Shown: positions 39,706 through 49,966 of the stretch, in pieces
Position numbering within the stretch: the stretch's first letter is position 1
How the letters are laid out: every line of letters begins with the position of its first letter
Assembly: GCA_951812855.1 (NCBI GenBank)
Contig: OX638337.1
Location: 1,042,486 to 1,106,485, forward strand
DNA: 64,000 bases
DNA from: an uncultured Lentisphaeria bacterium
Lineage (GTDB): Bacteria; Verrucomicrobiota; Lentisphaeria; JABSQK01; JAJFLO01
Reading direction: 5' to 3'
Program-made: the position numbers and the translations under genes
Notes under the pieces: generated by a model
The model's database searches: none
Seen by the model: the letters and a program-made list of their open reading frames with translations, nothing else
What the model was told of the DNA's origin: nothing

Positions 39706-40537
39706 GAATTGAATCTTTTGATTTAAGTGCTTCAGAAAAATCTGAATCGGGTAGGAAATGCCAATGCACATATAGAACCAATTGATCCTTCAAATTCAAT
39801 ATTGCATTTTTAGCATTACCTGTAGATTGAACTTTAACTCTGGTTTTGTTGATATGCCGCAAGGCAATTTTATCAAGTTCATCATTTCCGGAAGACTCCA
39901 AAATCTGAGTCCGTATTATTGATTTTTCACGAATCATCAGTATAACCGTTGGTCCATTAATTTTACCCGGTTCGATTGCTGATTTTTTCAGGTTGCTGAG
40001 AGGTTGTGTCAATGATGGATAAACACGACCGTCTCTATTGGTCCAATATACATGATTTTCAATCTTCGGCATTTTTTCTTTTACATAGTCGATGTTGCTG
40101 GATCGCTGTGAATAGGCATTTGAAAATACAGAGATTAGTGATTTTGGAGACGTATTAATTTTCACTGGCTCATCTTGACTTTCAGATGTCAAGTCTATTT
40201 TGAAATCGACTTGTGAAACGACTCCTGCTTTCTTTGCGAACTCAAGATTTCGCACTTTGCTAAATCCAAAATTTGTACTTGGAAGCGACATTATTGTCGG
40301 ATCCAGAAGTTCGATGGTTGTAATGAGACTTCTTTGCCAATTATAATGTGGATTTTTTTCAATTGGAAGCATTGTTATTTCTGAAAGCGGTTTATTCGCC
40401 GAAGTATTTGTTGCCTTGATACCAAAATCAATTTTAAATAATGAGACAAATATTACAACAACGATTACGGTAATCCCCGCAGCAATAATGTAAGCTATAT
40501 TGATTATTTCCTGATTTTGATTTTCAATGACAGTCAT
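39686..40537 (-). CDS. TonB-family energy transducer (divergent, no Pro-rich spacer)
   Basis: 283 aa. N-terminal TM anchor (IAYIIAAGITVIVVVIFVSLF), and a C-terminal TonB_C-like segment (GPTVILMIREKSIIRTQILESSGNDELDKIALRHINKTRVK). Lies directly downstream of exbD. Confidence 0.5.
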   Translation of the reverse strand: MTVIENQNQEIINIAYIIAAGITVIVVVIFVSLFKIDFGIKATNTSANKPLSEITMLPIEKNPHYNWQRSLITTIELLDPTIMSLPSTNFGFSKVRNLEFAKKAGVVSQVDFKIDLTSESQDEPVKINTSPKSLISVFSNAYSQRSSNIDYVKEKMPKIENHVYWTNRDGRVYPSLTQPLSNLKKSAIEPGKINGPTVILMIREKSIIRTQILESSGNDELDKIALRHINKTRVKVQSTGNAKNAILNLKDQLVLYVHWHFLPDSDFSEALKSKDSIHVQDWY

Positions 40538-40546
40538 TTATTATCC

Positions 40547-41032
40547 TTATATTTTTTCCGTCTTAGTGACCAAAAATACATTTAATCCGTAACGTCGTGT
40601 TATTGACAAAATTTTAACAATATCGTTGTAGGGTACATCTTTATCCGCCTTGAGAATAATTATTGGTGACCGACTTATATCAAACTCAGTACCACGCCGC
40701 TGATTTGAATTCAGATTGTATGCTACGTTGGCTAACCGTTGTTCCAAATGATGCCAGTTTTCCAATCGTTGATCATTAAAAAAAAGTAAATTTTGCTTCG
40801 TCAGTGAAATTATTAATTTATCAGCCACACTCTTAAATTCTTGTCGGGTTTCAGGCAGATTAACCGTAATTCCGGGCTGGAATACCAACGAACTGCTTAT
40901 CATAAAAAATATTAATAGCAGAAAAATAACATCAACTAAAGGTGTGAGTGCTAAATTGGTTCCTGAAAGAATCTGCAAATTTGTTTTGAATAGAGACGTC
41001 TGACGCCTGAACTTACTGAGTCTTGACTGCAT
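40547..41032 (-). CDS. exbD: Biopolymer transport protein ExbD/TolR
   Basis: 161 aa with a single TM (LTPLVDVIFLLLIFFMI) and a periplasmic domain. Overlaps exbB by 20 bp. Confidence 0.75.
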   Translation of the reverse strand: MQSRLSKFRRQTSLFKTNLQILSGTNLALTPLVDVIFLLLIFFMISSSLVFQPGITVNLPETRQEFKSVADKLIISLTKQNLLFFNDQRLENWHHLEQRLANVAYNLNSNQRRGTEFDISRSPIIILKADKDVPYNDIVKILSITRRYGLNVFLVTKTEKI

Positions 41033-41672
41033 CCTGTTCAGTGGTTTCTATTTGCGGTTGAATTTCATTAAGAAAATACATAAGTTCGGAGGAGGCTTTT
41101 TCCATTTCCAATACAAAATGATCGATGCGGCCTATAAAAAAATTATAGAACCCATGGCATGGTATCGCAACTGTAAGCCCTGCTGCTGTACTTAACAATG
41201 CCTGCCAAATTCCTGCGGCTAAAGTTTTTGTATCTACAAAACTGCCAGACTGCTCCATGCTTTGAAACAGTGTTATCATTCCAATCACAGTACCCAACAG
41301 ACCAAGTAATGGTGCCACATAAGCAATTCCCGCTAATGCCCGAAGGCTTTTCTCCATTCGGGGAATTTCAGCCAGGCCAGCTTCTTCGACAGCCTGTCTC
41401 ATGCCTTTTTTACCTTTATCATTCCTTAATATCGCAGCCTTGAGAATCTGTGCGACAGGTCCCGGTGTGTCATCGCAAATAGATATGGCCTCAATGATGT
41501 TATTCCTTTTTAAAACATTAATGACACCTTTCATGAATTCCGGAACATTGATTCGCACTCGATGAAAATAAAGTGCCCGTTCAATGATCATCACCAAAGA
41601 AACCAGGCCAAGCCCAAATATAATCCAGGTAATTGGCCCGCCTCTGAGGAGTAGTTCTAAAAATTGAGACAT
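41013..41672 (-). CDS. exbB: MotA/TolQ/ExbB proton channel protein
   Basis: 219 aa with three TM helices and the conserved C-terminal TM2/3 (…AGIAYVAPLLGLLGTVIGMI…ALLSTAAGLTVAIP). Confidence 0.8.
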   Translation of the reverse strand: MSQFLELLLRGGPITWIIFGLGLVSLVMIIERALYFHRVRINVPEFMKGVINVLKRNNIIEAISICDDTPGPVAQILKAAILRNDKGKKGMRQAVEEAGLAEIPRMEKSLRALAGIAYVAPLLGLLGTVIGMITLFQSMEQSGSFVDTKTLAAGIWQALLSTAAGLTVAIPCHGFYNFFIGRIDHFVLEMEKASSELMYFLNEIQPQIETTEQDAVKTQ

Positions 41673-41909
41673 AGATTAACTTTGTAATTATTATTTAAAA
41701 AATTAAGCAGAACGTAATAATACTTTAATTAAGTACTCAAATATACTCCGGACTTATCTCTTTGCAGAATTTTTGCTTAGGGAAAAACCGTCTGTCAACC
41801 TGAATAAACATTTCATTCCCACACTTATCCTGCGTTTTTTATAATTGATACAGCGTTGAAGTACACAAATAAATTTTAGCGTACATAGTTAATTGTGCAT
41901 TATTAGTTT

Positions 41910-42671
41910 CTAACTGCGATTCCCAAATATTGCCGAACCAATTCTGACAATTGTTGAATCTTCCTCAATTGCAATCTTAAAATCATTTGTCATTCCCATA
42001 GACAGTTCCTTAAGCGGAATTGAAAAATCTCTTGACAGTTCATCCCGAAACAAACGCAGCGATTGAAAAATTAAACGAATTTTTTCTTGTGACGCCGAAT
42101 GGGGCGCCATTGTCATTAAACCAATCAGGTTGATTGAATCCATACTCAAAATTTCAGGTATACAGGCCACCAGCTCATCCTGTCTAAAACCATATTTTGT
42201 TGATTCACCTGATATATTCATCTGAATTAATACCGATTGTACTTTTTCCAGCTGTTCGGCAATTTCATCTATTTTATCAAGTAACTTCAGCGAGTCGACA
42301 GAATGAATTAGTTTACAATGTTTAACTGCGTCCTTTACCTTGTTGGTTTGCAAATGCCCAATCATATGCCATTTCAGTCTCTGAGTAATCTTCCCGGCTT
42401 TTTCACACAATTCCTGAACCCGGTTCTCCCCAAAAGAATCATGTCCCAAACGTAATGCTTCATTTATAGATTCGGCAGGATGATTTTTACTGACAGCGAC
42501 TAATTGTATCTCATTAGGATCTCTGCCGCAGTCAATTGCACATTTCCGAATTTCCCCTTTAATAGAATTCAAATTGTGAGAAAGAGTTCCACTTTTCATA
42601 ATGGTTGTACCAAATAGAATTATCTGAGTTTTAAAACAAGTCCTATATGTATATAAAAAAACGGGAGTCAA
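41910..42671 (-). CDS. yggS: PLP homeostasis protein YggS (alanine racemase N-domain fold)
   Basis: Has VAVSKNHP, FGENRVQEL and HMIGHLQTNK motifs. The probable start is the internal Met (MKSGT…) near 42599. Confidence 0.75.
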   Translation of the reverse strand: MTPVFLYTYRTCFKTQIILFGTTIMKSGTLSHNLNSIKGEIRKCAIDCGRDPNEIQLVAVSKNHPAESINEALRLGHDSFGENRVQELCEKAGKITQRLKWHMIGHLQTNKVKDAVKHCKLIHSVDSLKLLDKIDEIAEQLEKVQSVLIQMNISGESTKYGFRQDELVACIPEILSMDSINLIGLMTMAPHSASQEKIRLIFQSLRLFRDELSRDFSIPLKELSMGMTNDFKIAIEEDSTIVRIGSAIFGNRS

Positions 42672-42783
42672 CTGATATGTTTAACGATAAAAAATAAATT
42701 TGTTATCTTTAGATTCTTGAAAAATATTTCAGTTGCATAAGTTTGTTTAGAATAACCCGAGTCAATCCAATACAAAATACATC

Positions 42784-43194
42784 ATGACAAAAAACAGAAG
42801 ATACAGATATTCTTACGAACAAGTCTTTCGGGACTGGTATGGTCAGGAAATGGGGTCACTGGAAATTGAATCCTATCAGAAAAGAGGAAAAAAATTAGAA
42901 AAAGTTCTTGATAATGTTCTCGGAGATTTAGATCACGGCGATCAAATTCTTTTTCGAAAAATTATAGATGAATGGCCAAATTTGGTCAGTCCCGAAATTA
43001 GTCATGTTTCATCTCCCCGCAAAATTTATAATAATATATTATGTATTGAAGTTTATGATGCTCCGTGGCGATACAGTCTGGAACGTAATTTTAAATCAGA
43101 AATTCAGAAATTAATTCAAAATTTATCGAATCAGAGAATAAAAACGATCCGTTTTGTGCCCGGAGGAAAAACGAGAACATTTAATCGGCAATAG
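42784..43194 (+). CDS. DUF721 (DciA-like) domain protein
   Basis: 136 aa. The C-terminal half (ILCIEVYDAPWRYSLERNFKSEIQKLIQNL…IKTIRFVPGG) fits the DUF721 pattern. Confidence 0.45.
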   Translation: MTKNRRYRYSYEQVFRDWYGQEMGSLEIESYQKRGKKLEKVLDNVLGDLDHGDQILFRKIIDEWPNLVSPEISHVSSPRKIYNNILCIEVYDAPWRYSLERNFKSEIQKLIQNLSNQRIKTIRFVPGGKTRTFNRQ

Positions 43195-43203
43195 GGAAAA
43201 AGA

Positions 43204-44301
43204 ATGAAAAATACCAAAAATATTTTTGTTGCAGCAACTGGGCAGAACGTGGGTAAAACGACAACCTGTCTCGGTCTATACGACAAACTGATCAAAACCG
43301 GATTAAATTCTGGTTTCATCAAACCTGTCGGTCAACGATATTTAAGAGTTGGAGATATAAAAATCGATGAAGATTCTTATTTAATCCAGAAAATATACAA
43401 TACTAAATGCCCTTTAAAACATATGAACCCTATTGCCGTGCCGCTGGGCTTTACCCAAGAGTACATTGATAACGGACGACATGAAAATTTATTACAAACG
43501 GTTTTTGACTCCTATGGGGTTGTTCAAAAAGGTCGAGATTTTGTCCTGATCGAAGGAACCGGACATGCGGGTGTAGGATCAGTATTTGACATATCAAATG
43601 CTCTGGTAGCAAAATCTCTACAAAGTAAAGTTATTATTGTAACTGATGGCGGTATTGGCAAGGCAATTGATTCTCTGATTTTGAATAAGTGTTTATTTGA
43701 TTCACGTGACGTAGACTTACTGGGCGTCATTGTGAATAAGGTATTCATTGAAAAATATGATAAAATTAAATATTACGTAGAGAAAAGTCTGAATCAAAAA
43801 GGCATTAAACTCCTGGGCGTAATCCCATTTCAAGATCAGTTAAATAATCCGAATCTTGAACAAATTAGAGAGGTACTCAACGGCACCTATATAACAGGCA
43901 AAAATCACAGTCAAAATCCAGTTGAAAATATCATTGTCGGTGCTATGTCAGTGTCCAATATACTCAAACATATTAAACGACAAACATTGATAATAACCCC
44001 CGGTGACAGAGAAGATTTAATCCTGGCGGCGTTAAGTTGGAATCTTTCAGAAACCAGTACCGTAAACCAGGTATCCGGAATTATTGTGACTGGAAATGTA
44101 AAACCAGGGAAAGTTGTCGGTCGGGTATTAAAGAAAAGTAAAATCCCTGTAATATTAGTAAAACACAATACCTTTTCAACCGCATCCATAGTTCATGATC
44201 TTAAAGTAAAAATCAAGGTCACGGATTCTGAAAAAATAAGACTGTCACAATATTTATTTGATAAGCACGTCGATTTTGACTATATCCTGGATAATTGTTG
44301 A
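43204..44301 (+). CDS. AAA_26 (CobQ/CbiA-like P-loop) + DRTGG domain protein (Pta N-terminal-domain-like)
   Basis: 365 aa with a P-loop (ATGQNVGKTT) and a DRTGG motif (IITPGDREDLILAAL). Confidence 0.55.
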   Translation: MKNTKNIFVAATGQNVGKTTTCLGLYDKLIKTGLNSGFIKPVGQRYLRVGDIKIDEDSYLIQKIYNTKCPLKHMNPIAVPLGFTQEYIDNGRHENLLQTVFDSYGVVQKGRDFVLIEGTGHAGVGSVFDISNALVAKSLQSKVIIVTDGGIGKAIDSLILNKCLFDSRDVDLLGVIVNKVFIEKYDKIKYYVEKSLNQKGIKLLGVIPFQDQLNNPNLEQIREVLNGTYITGKNHSQNPVENIIVGAMSVSNILKHIKRQTLIITPGDREDLILAALSWNLSETSTVNQVSGIIVTGNVKPGKVVGRVLKKSKIPVILVKHNTFSTASIVHDLKVKIKVTDSEKIRLSQYLFDKHVDFDYILDNC

Positions 44302-45071
44302 GGGGCCGCTCTTTGAACTCTCAACTGGGACATAATTTAATTTCATTAAAAACAATAGATTCAACAAATTTATATTGCGTTCGTAATTTGCAGTCATTGC
44401 CTTCAGGTACAGTTGTCGTTGCGGAAAATCAAACTAACGGCCGTGGCCGAAACGGGAGACATTGGCATTCTCCCAAAGGTAAAAATCTATATACTTCCAT
44501 TCTGATTCATACCCAACCAACAAGCCAACTCACCATGTTTGTTTCACAGGCAGCATCTCTTGCAGTCTATTCCACTGTCATTGATTTCAATCTGAACGAT
44601 GTCTGGATAAAATGGCCAAATGATATCTATATCAACCAATTTAAAGTTGCGGGTATACTGAGTGAATGTCACAAATTACAAACTGATTCACTGGCGATTA
44701 TTATTGGGATTGGTGTTAATCTGAATATGCGGCAGGAAGAATTAAAACAAATCGATAAACCCGCAGAGTCTCTGGGGTCTATTCTTAACAAAAAAATTGA
44801 TGTTAATCATTTTCTGCAACAACTGATCAACCAATTAGATGAATTATTTCATGAAATAGAAACCAACGGACCTGATCGAATTTACACGTTATGGAAATCA
44901 GCGAGCCCGATAATTGGGAAAACAGTCAATGTATTTATAAGTTCTGCTGAAAGAGTTACCGGCACTGTTATTGATTTAGCTTATGATGGAGGTATCCTGA
45001 TGCAATTAGCATCAGGTGAAAAAACAAAATTTCTTGCAGGTGATGTGTCACTTGCCTATGAACCGAAATAA
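44295..45071 (+). CDS. birA: Biotin--[acetyl-CoA-carboxylase] ligase
   Basis: GRGRNGRHWHSPKG-NLYTSIL BPL catalytic motif, 258 aa, with no N-terminal HTH. Probable TTG start. Confidence 0.75.
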   Translation: MLRGRSLNSQLGHNLISLKTIDSTNLYCVRNLQSLPSGTVVVAENQTNGRGRNGRHWHSPKGKNLYTSILIHTQPTSQLTMFVSQAASLAVYSTVIDFNLNDVWIKWPNDIYINQFKVAGILSECHKLQTDSLAIIIGIGVNLNMRQEELKQIDKPAESLGSILNKKIDVNHFLQQLINQLDELFHEIETNGPDRIYTLWKSASPIIGKTVNVFISSAERVTGTVIDLAYDGGILMQLASGEKTKFLAGDVSLAYEPK

Positions 45072-45446
45072 TAGTTCAGAATTAAAAAACCATGGTTAAA
45101 AGAAGAAAAATTGGCCCGGCATATAAACGCTCACCCGTGAAAAGACTCAACGAACAGTCCAATAAAAATTTACTCATTATGGGCTCAGCACTTTTTTAGG
45201 AGTTCTTTTTTGGTCGAGTGTAGATTGAGTTGCAGATGTCTTTTAAAATTTCATGGCAGCCAGCGGTGATGAAGCAAAGGGAAAACCATTTTCATCTAAT
45301 GATACAATGTGGATCCTGGTGAAAATTTTTGGCAGTATCGGGGTATGTGCTATCCTAGCAAAAAATGCAAATAAATGAATATGCCCTGAAATAAGAGCAT
45401 TAAACAAACGGTATAAAGTTAGACCAAACTAACACAGGGAGGAATA

Positions 45447-46238
45447 TTGATTATCTATATAATTATGATCTTAACAACCGGCTGCATGCTATGGGGAAAC
45501 CAAAAGTATAAAAATTCCGGTGTTGCCTGGGCTAGACCATTATCAGCTGTAATGGCATTAATAACAATGCTTTTGGCAATCACTCAAGCAATCATAATTA
45601 TTAAAGCACCGGCGAAAAAGCGACAGGAGATTGTTGCAAAAGACAAGTTATTTTTAATTGCCGGGATTGAATCAACCTGCCGCTACCTGGTAGAGACCTA
45701 CCCGGCATCAAATATATTGCTAATTTCAAAACCTGACTTACCCTCAACAATTTCCACAAATGAATCGATAATGCAAGCAGTAAATAAAGGATTGAGCGGG
45801 AAATACAAGAACCTTTCCACGGAATCTCCTCGACCTCCAATTTCAAGTATTCTCAACAATAACGAAGCCTCTGCGAGCGATATCAAATTTACTCCTGACA
45901 GTCTTGAGTTAATGTTGACTCTCCATCCAGAATCAAACGTAATACTTTCTCTAATCGGATTACCTGAAAATTTTGAAAAAATCAATCTATGGAAGATGAA
46001 ACCAAAGGAGAGACCAAAATTCATCGTTATGTTTCCTGAAAGTCTATTGAAACTGAAACCCTATTTGAAAAAAGGATTAATCTCCGCAGTAGTAACATTT
46101 AATAACCGGTACAAACCAAATTTTACAGAGAAACTTCCTGATGACAGCAACAAAACTTTCAAAAAAAGATTTCTACTCATAAATTCTAAAAATGTTGATC
46201 AAATTGGGATCGAATTCCCTAATATCTTTGAGCCTTAG
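45447..46238 (+). CDS. Hypothetical membrane-anchored protein
   Basis: 263 aa with two N-terminal hydrophobic segments. No motif recognised. Confidence 0.3.
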   Translation: MIIYIIMILTTGCMLWGNQKYKNSGVAWARPLSAVMALITMLLAITQAIIIIKAPAKKRQEIVAKDKLFLIAGIESTCRYLVETYPASNILLISKPDLPSTISTNESIMQAVNKGLSGKYKNLSTESPRPPISSILNNNEASASDIKFTPDSLELMLTLHPESNVILSLIGLPENFEKINLWKMKPKERPKFIVMFPESLLKLKPYLKKGLISAVVTFNNRYKPNFTEKLPDDSNKTFKKRFLLINSKNVDQIGIEFPNIFEP

Positions 46239-46691
46239 AAAGATAATGAGGAAGAAGAAGAGAAACCTAAATCAAAGAACTAAGAGTAATAAATTAGTCT
46301 GAAAATTACAATTTAATCAATTAATCCTTAAATATGGCATAAGATGTTTTTAATAAGTCTGTTATGTTATATGCCGGCGACGTTTTTTGACCGTTATTTT
46401 AATAATTCATTAGTCTTTCCGGTCATTTTGATCGTTAAATTTTAGGAAAAACACAGTGCAAAGTCAATCGAAGGTTTCAAATCAACAGCAGTTTTTATGT
46501 CAGGGTCTGTCAGAGCTTAACCCTGACCATGCGTGGAAATAAATATTTTATATTATTTGACTAAAAAAAACTGATTTTTTAATTTTATGTCTTGAAATTT
46601 ATTCAATACTGCTTCTTTTATGGATGTTTGATTTATAATATTTATTAGGATTCACAACTTAAAATTCAATAACAAGCAAGGAGAATCACAT

Positions 46692-47267
46692 ATGAACAAT
46701 GTAAAATCTGTAAATAAATCGCTAACCCTAACCGCAAGCCTTATTGTGTTTTTAGGCTCCTTCAGTCTATTTGCCAGTAACACCCTGACTCAAGGCTTAA
46801 AAGATTCAGTCCAAAAGATAGTCAAGTCCTCAACAGAGCAAATAAAAGACCTGTCAAGTCTTGTAAAGGAAAATCGCAGTCAACTGTCTGATATCATTGC
46901 CTTTTACATAAAAGAAGCCGGTATTAAAAATAGCCAAATAAGCAACCTGATTGCACAGATAGCAAACAACGCAGGAATATCCAATAGTGAAGCAGTTGAA
47001 GTTGCTGATAGCGTAACAAAGTCTTTAGGCCTGAGTAGTTCTCAATCGGAAAGTATAATTAATCTTGTTAGAATCAATAACAATAGCAGTACGTTGAGCA
47101 TCGCCGGCCAAAAAACTACTAATGCCGTTCTCGGCTACAAAGGCGAAAACAGTGCATCAAATTTCATGAAAGAGGCCAAAACCAAAGAGGCAGCCCTTGC
47201 TGTTGCTGATGAGATTGAACAAAAAGAGCTGTTGCGTAGACGCAGAAGAGTTAGTGAACCGAGATAA
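46692..47267 (+). CDS. Hypothetical secreted Ser/Asn-rich protein
   Basis: 191 aa with a signal peptide, low-complexity composition, and a C-terminal …LLRRRRRVSEPR. A GGAGA RBS is present. Confidence 0.35.
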   Translation: MNNVKSVNKSLTLTASLIVFLGSFSLFASNTLTQGLKDSVQKIVKSSTEQIKDLSSLVKENRSQLSDIIAFYIKEAGIKNSQISNLIAQIANNAGISNSEAVEVADSVTKSLGLSSSQSESIINLVRINNNSSTLSIAGQKTTNAVLGYKGENSASNFMKEAKTKEAALAVADEIEQKELLRRRRRVSEPR

Positions 47268-47324
47268 GAGCCATTTATAATGGTAAAAGTGGTTTAGCTA
47301 GCTTAGTAAAGATAAAAAGTCATT

Positions 47325-47362
47325 CTAAAAAGGAGTTTTTTGGTAAAAAAAACTCCTTTTTC
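47325..47362. terminator. Bidirectional rho-independent terminator
   Basis: aaaaaggagtttttt ggtaa aaaaaactccttttt. A perfect GC-containing stem is flanked by A- and T-runs on both sides, 60 nt after the 46692-47267 CDS. Confidence 0.6.
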
Positions 47363-47450
47363 ATGTAAGAATATAATTAAAATCTTGTGCTCCTTACTTA
47401 ATATTTTTCCGTGATGCCCCCAAAGAATAATCAATCTAATATTTAATTCA

Positions 47451-48782
47451 ATGAGTAATATATCAAATTATAAAATCAGTCGGTTAAAGTTTCCTTTAAT
47501 TGATTTAATTTCACGTTATTTAGCATATTTCGCGAGAATTATTTGTACCCTTTATTTTGTAATAATTTTTACTGGGGTTTCATTAGCTCGGGAGATCAAT
47601 ATTCGTGCTGGGAATTTTGAAATAAACCCATCATTCGGAATTACTCAGGAATTTAATTCAAATTTTTTTTCCGAGGATAACAGTAGCGAAGAACAACCAG
47701 ATTCTGAGGAAACAATAATCTATACTCCACGATTAAGGATAAAATATCCCGGTAGAAATCTTATACTTGAATTCGACTACATGTCTGATATTAAACGCAA
47801 CCGCTATTTTTCAATTAGCGAGGATACTGAAGATCAAAACGTATTTGTAGGAGTCGGGCTAATCTCTCCGGGACAAAGGCTGAAATTAACATTGTCGAAT
47901 CAGTTTTTAGAAACCAGAGATCCCTCATCAATTGACATACGTGATGCTCTGATAAATCGTGCGGATCGCGTGGAAAATATCATTAAAGCAAAAATTGATT
48001 TCAAGCTGACTGAGTTATTCAAATTGGTCTTCAAGGTTTCCCACGAAAATAATAGGTTTTCTGAACGTGCTTTTGAAGAAGAAAATACTCAGACCCTATT
48101 CTATAATTCATCTTTGTTTTACCAATTCCTGCCGAAAACATCCGCAACCATTATGTACGAAGTTGAATCGATCATTTACCCTGATTCACACGTCATCGTT
48201 CCTTCAGCTAAAACTGATGGAACTTATAGAAGAACTATTGGTAACTTCAATACATTAGCTCAGTCAATCCGAACGGGACTTTCATTTGATGCTACTGCTA
48301 AGTTGTCCGGTGATGTCACCTTCGGTTACATCACAAAAAAACCAACCCAGTCTACCACTGGTACTAGTAAAATAGTTAAGAGTTTTAGCGAATTTGCGTT
48401 TGATGCTGATTTAACCTGGAAAATTAGAGAACGCACTACTCTCATAGCAGAAGCAAAACGTACAATTGACAATGTAATAACCGGATCCGGATCCTTCATT
48501 ACAAGAAGTGGTATTGCATTGGGACTAAGCCAGGAAATACTCGACAAATTCACATTGTATCTTAAATCGATTTATATTAATAGTGAGTATAACAGAGATA
48601 ATGAGGGGAATAAAAGAAACGATAATCTGTATGGGCTTGGCATTAGTCTGGCTTATGACATCCAGCAATGGATTGAGATAAAGCTATCTTATCAGCACAA
48701 AAACAACTTATCCAATAGTAAATTTAACGAGAATGAATACAGAAGCAATGAGTGGATTTTCAATATCAATGCGTTATTTTAA
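47451..48782 (+). CDS. Putative outer-membrane beta-barrel protein (polysaccharide-locus associated)
   Basis: 443 aa with an N-terminal hydrophobic signal-like segment and alternating amphipathic strands. The C-terminus (…WIFNINALF) has the aromatic terminal residue typical of OMP beta-barrels. Lies directly upstream of the wza/wzc remnants. Confidence 0.4.
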   Translation: MSNISNYKISRLKFPLIDLISRYLAYFARIICTLYFVIIFTGVSLAREINIRAGNFEINPSFGITQEFNSNFFSEDNSSEEQPDSEETIIYTPRLRIKYPGRNLILEFDYMSDIKRNRYFSISEDTEDQNVFVGVGLISPGQRLKLTLSNQFLETRDPSSIDIRDALINRADRVENIIKAKIDFKLTELFKLVFKVSHENNRFSERAFEEENTQTLFYNSSLFYQFLPKTSATIMYEVESIIYPDSHVIVPSAKTDGTYRRTIGNFNTLAQSIRTGLSFDATAKLSGDVTFGYITKKPTQSTTGTSKIVKSFSEFAFDADLTWKIRERTTLIAEAKRTIDNVITGSGSFITRSGIALGLSQEILDKFTLYLKSIYINSEYNRDNEGNKRNDNLYGLGISLAYDIQQWIEIKLSYQHKNNLSNSKFNENEYRSNEWIFNINALF

Positions 48783-49149
48783 TTAAAGAACAAAATATTA
48801 CAGCTAAAATGCATTGACATAAAAAAATATTTCATTATCCTTCTAAGAGGGGAACGCTATATGGATGTTATCAAATAATCAAGCAAGCACTACCTACCAG
48901 AAGATTTTCTTTATAGTTCATTTCTCTCATTTTGATTCTGAATCTTTATCTTATCCGACAAAAATATTAAAATGTAGGCAGATTTTACATTTTAATCGAC
49001 AAAGCTAACTGGCTGTAGAGTGGACCCATCCTGTGTCAAAAATCTGATATCTTAAATAGTCATCAATAACAGGTTTTCAGTCAGTTGTGTTACATATTAA
49101 AATTTATCCTTTACTTTTTACTCTTCGCTTTTAATTTTATTTAGTTTTT

Positions 49150-49936
49150 TTTCTATTAATCATTTACTATTAGCTGAATCAGAGGACGATTATCAGATCG
49201 GGGGAAAAGATGTTTTTGGAATCATCGTCTACAATGAGCCGGATTCATCTAAAGAAGCGATTAGGGTATTGCTGGACGGCTATGTCAATTTTCCATTAGT
49301 TGGGAAATTGAATGTAAAGGGACTGACTTCTAGCCAAATAGAGGAAAAACTGCAAAACCTAATGGCTAACGGTTATATTCTTAACCCTCAGGTGTCAGTA
49401 TTGGTTATGGAGTATGGCAGCAGAAAGGTATTTGTTTTAGGAGCAGTAAAAAATACAGCGAGTTACGAACTTAGAGGAAAGAGAACTCTGTTGGAAATAA
49501 TATCAAAGGGGGGGGGATAAAAAAGCAGGAGGTAATTTTCTTATTCTCCGCAAGGCTGAGAAGGGCTCGAATCTATCATTGTTAACCGAAAGCAATTGAT
49601 TAATAAGGGGAATTTATCACGAAACATTACCCTAAAAAATAATGATAGCGTTTATATAACTAATAGCCGATGTAATTTACGTTCTGGGAGAAATCAAAAG
49701 TCCCGGAACTTATGAACTAACTGATAATAATCGAACTGTACTCTCAGCAATTACTCATGCCAGTGGTGTCACAAAAATAGCTGCACCCAAAAAAAACAAA
49801 AATTATTCGGCTTAACAATGGCATCCCAAAGAGGATACTTGTCAATCTCGAGGATGTAATCAAACGTGGCCAAAAATCCAAAGATATCGAATTTAAACCG
49901 AAAGATGTCATCATTGTTCCTCAAGGAATTTTTTAG
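49150..49936 (+). pseudogene. wza: Polysaccharide export outer-membrane protein Wza, N-terminally truncated with at least four frameshifts
   Basis: Poly_export/SLBB segments are spread across three frames (DYQIGGKDVFGIIVYNEP…LLDGYVNFPLVGKLNVKGLT…; KQLINKGNLSRNITLKNNDSVYITN; ADVIYVLGEIKSPGTYELTDNNRTVLSAITHASGVT; …DIEFKPKDVIIVPQGIF). Frame breaks coincide with a G9 tract (49508-49516) and an A8 tract (about 49787-49794). No signal peptide or start is present. Confidence 0.7.
49508..49516. repeat. Poly-G homopolymer (9 nt) at a wza frame break
   Basis: aaGGGGGGGGGataa. The run is unusual in an AT-rich genome, and the wza reading frame terminates immediately after it. A -1 length change restores about 30 more Wza-like codons. 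Confidence 0.8.
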
Positions 49937-49966
49937 CAATTCTGTGAATGGTGATAAAAAATTAAA

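Noticed and set aside
45097-45207. 36-codon ORF (MVKRRKIGPAYKRSPVKRLNEQSNKNLLIMGSALF) in the birA-downstream spacer.
   Set aside because: It has no RBS, and its basic, low-complexity composition is typical of chance ORFs.
46478-46512. Inverted repeat tgtcagggtctgtcagagcttaaccctgacca upstream of the 46692 gene, as a terminator or operator.
   Set aside because: The 8-bp stem has no following T-run, and it cannot be told apart from a chance palindrome. The clearer terminator at 47325-47362 is reported instead.
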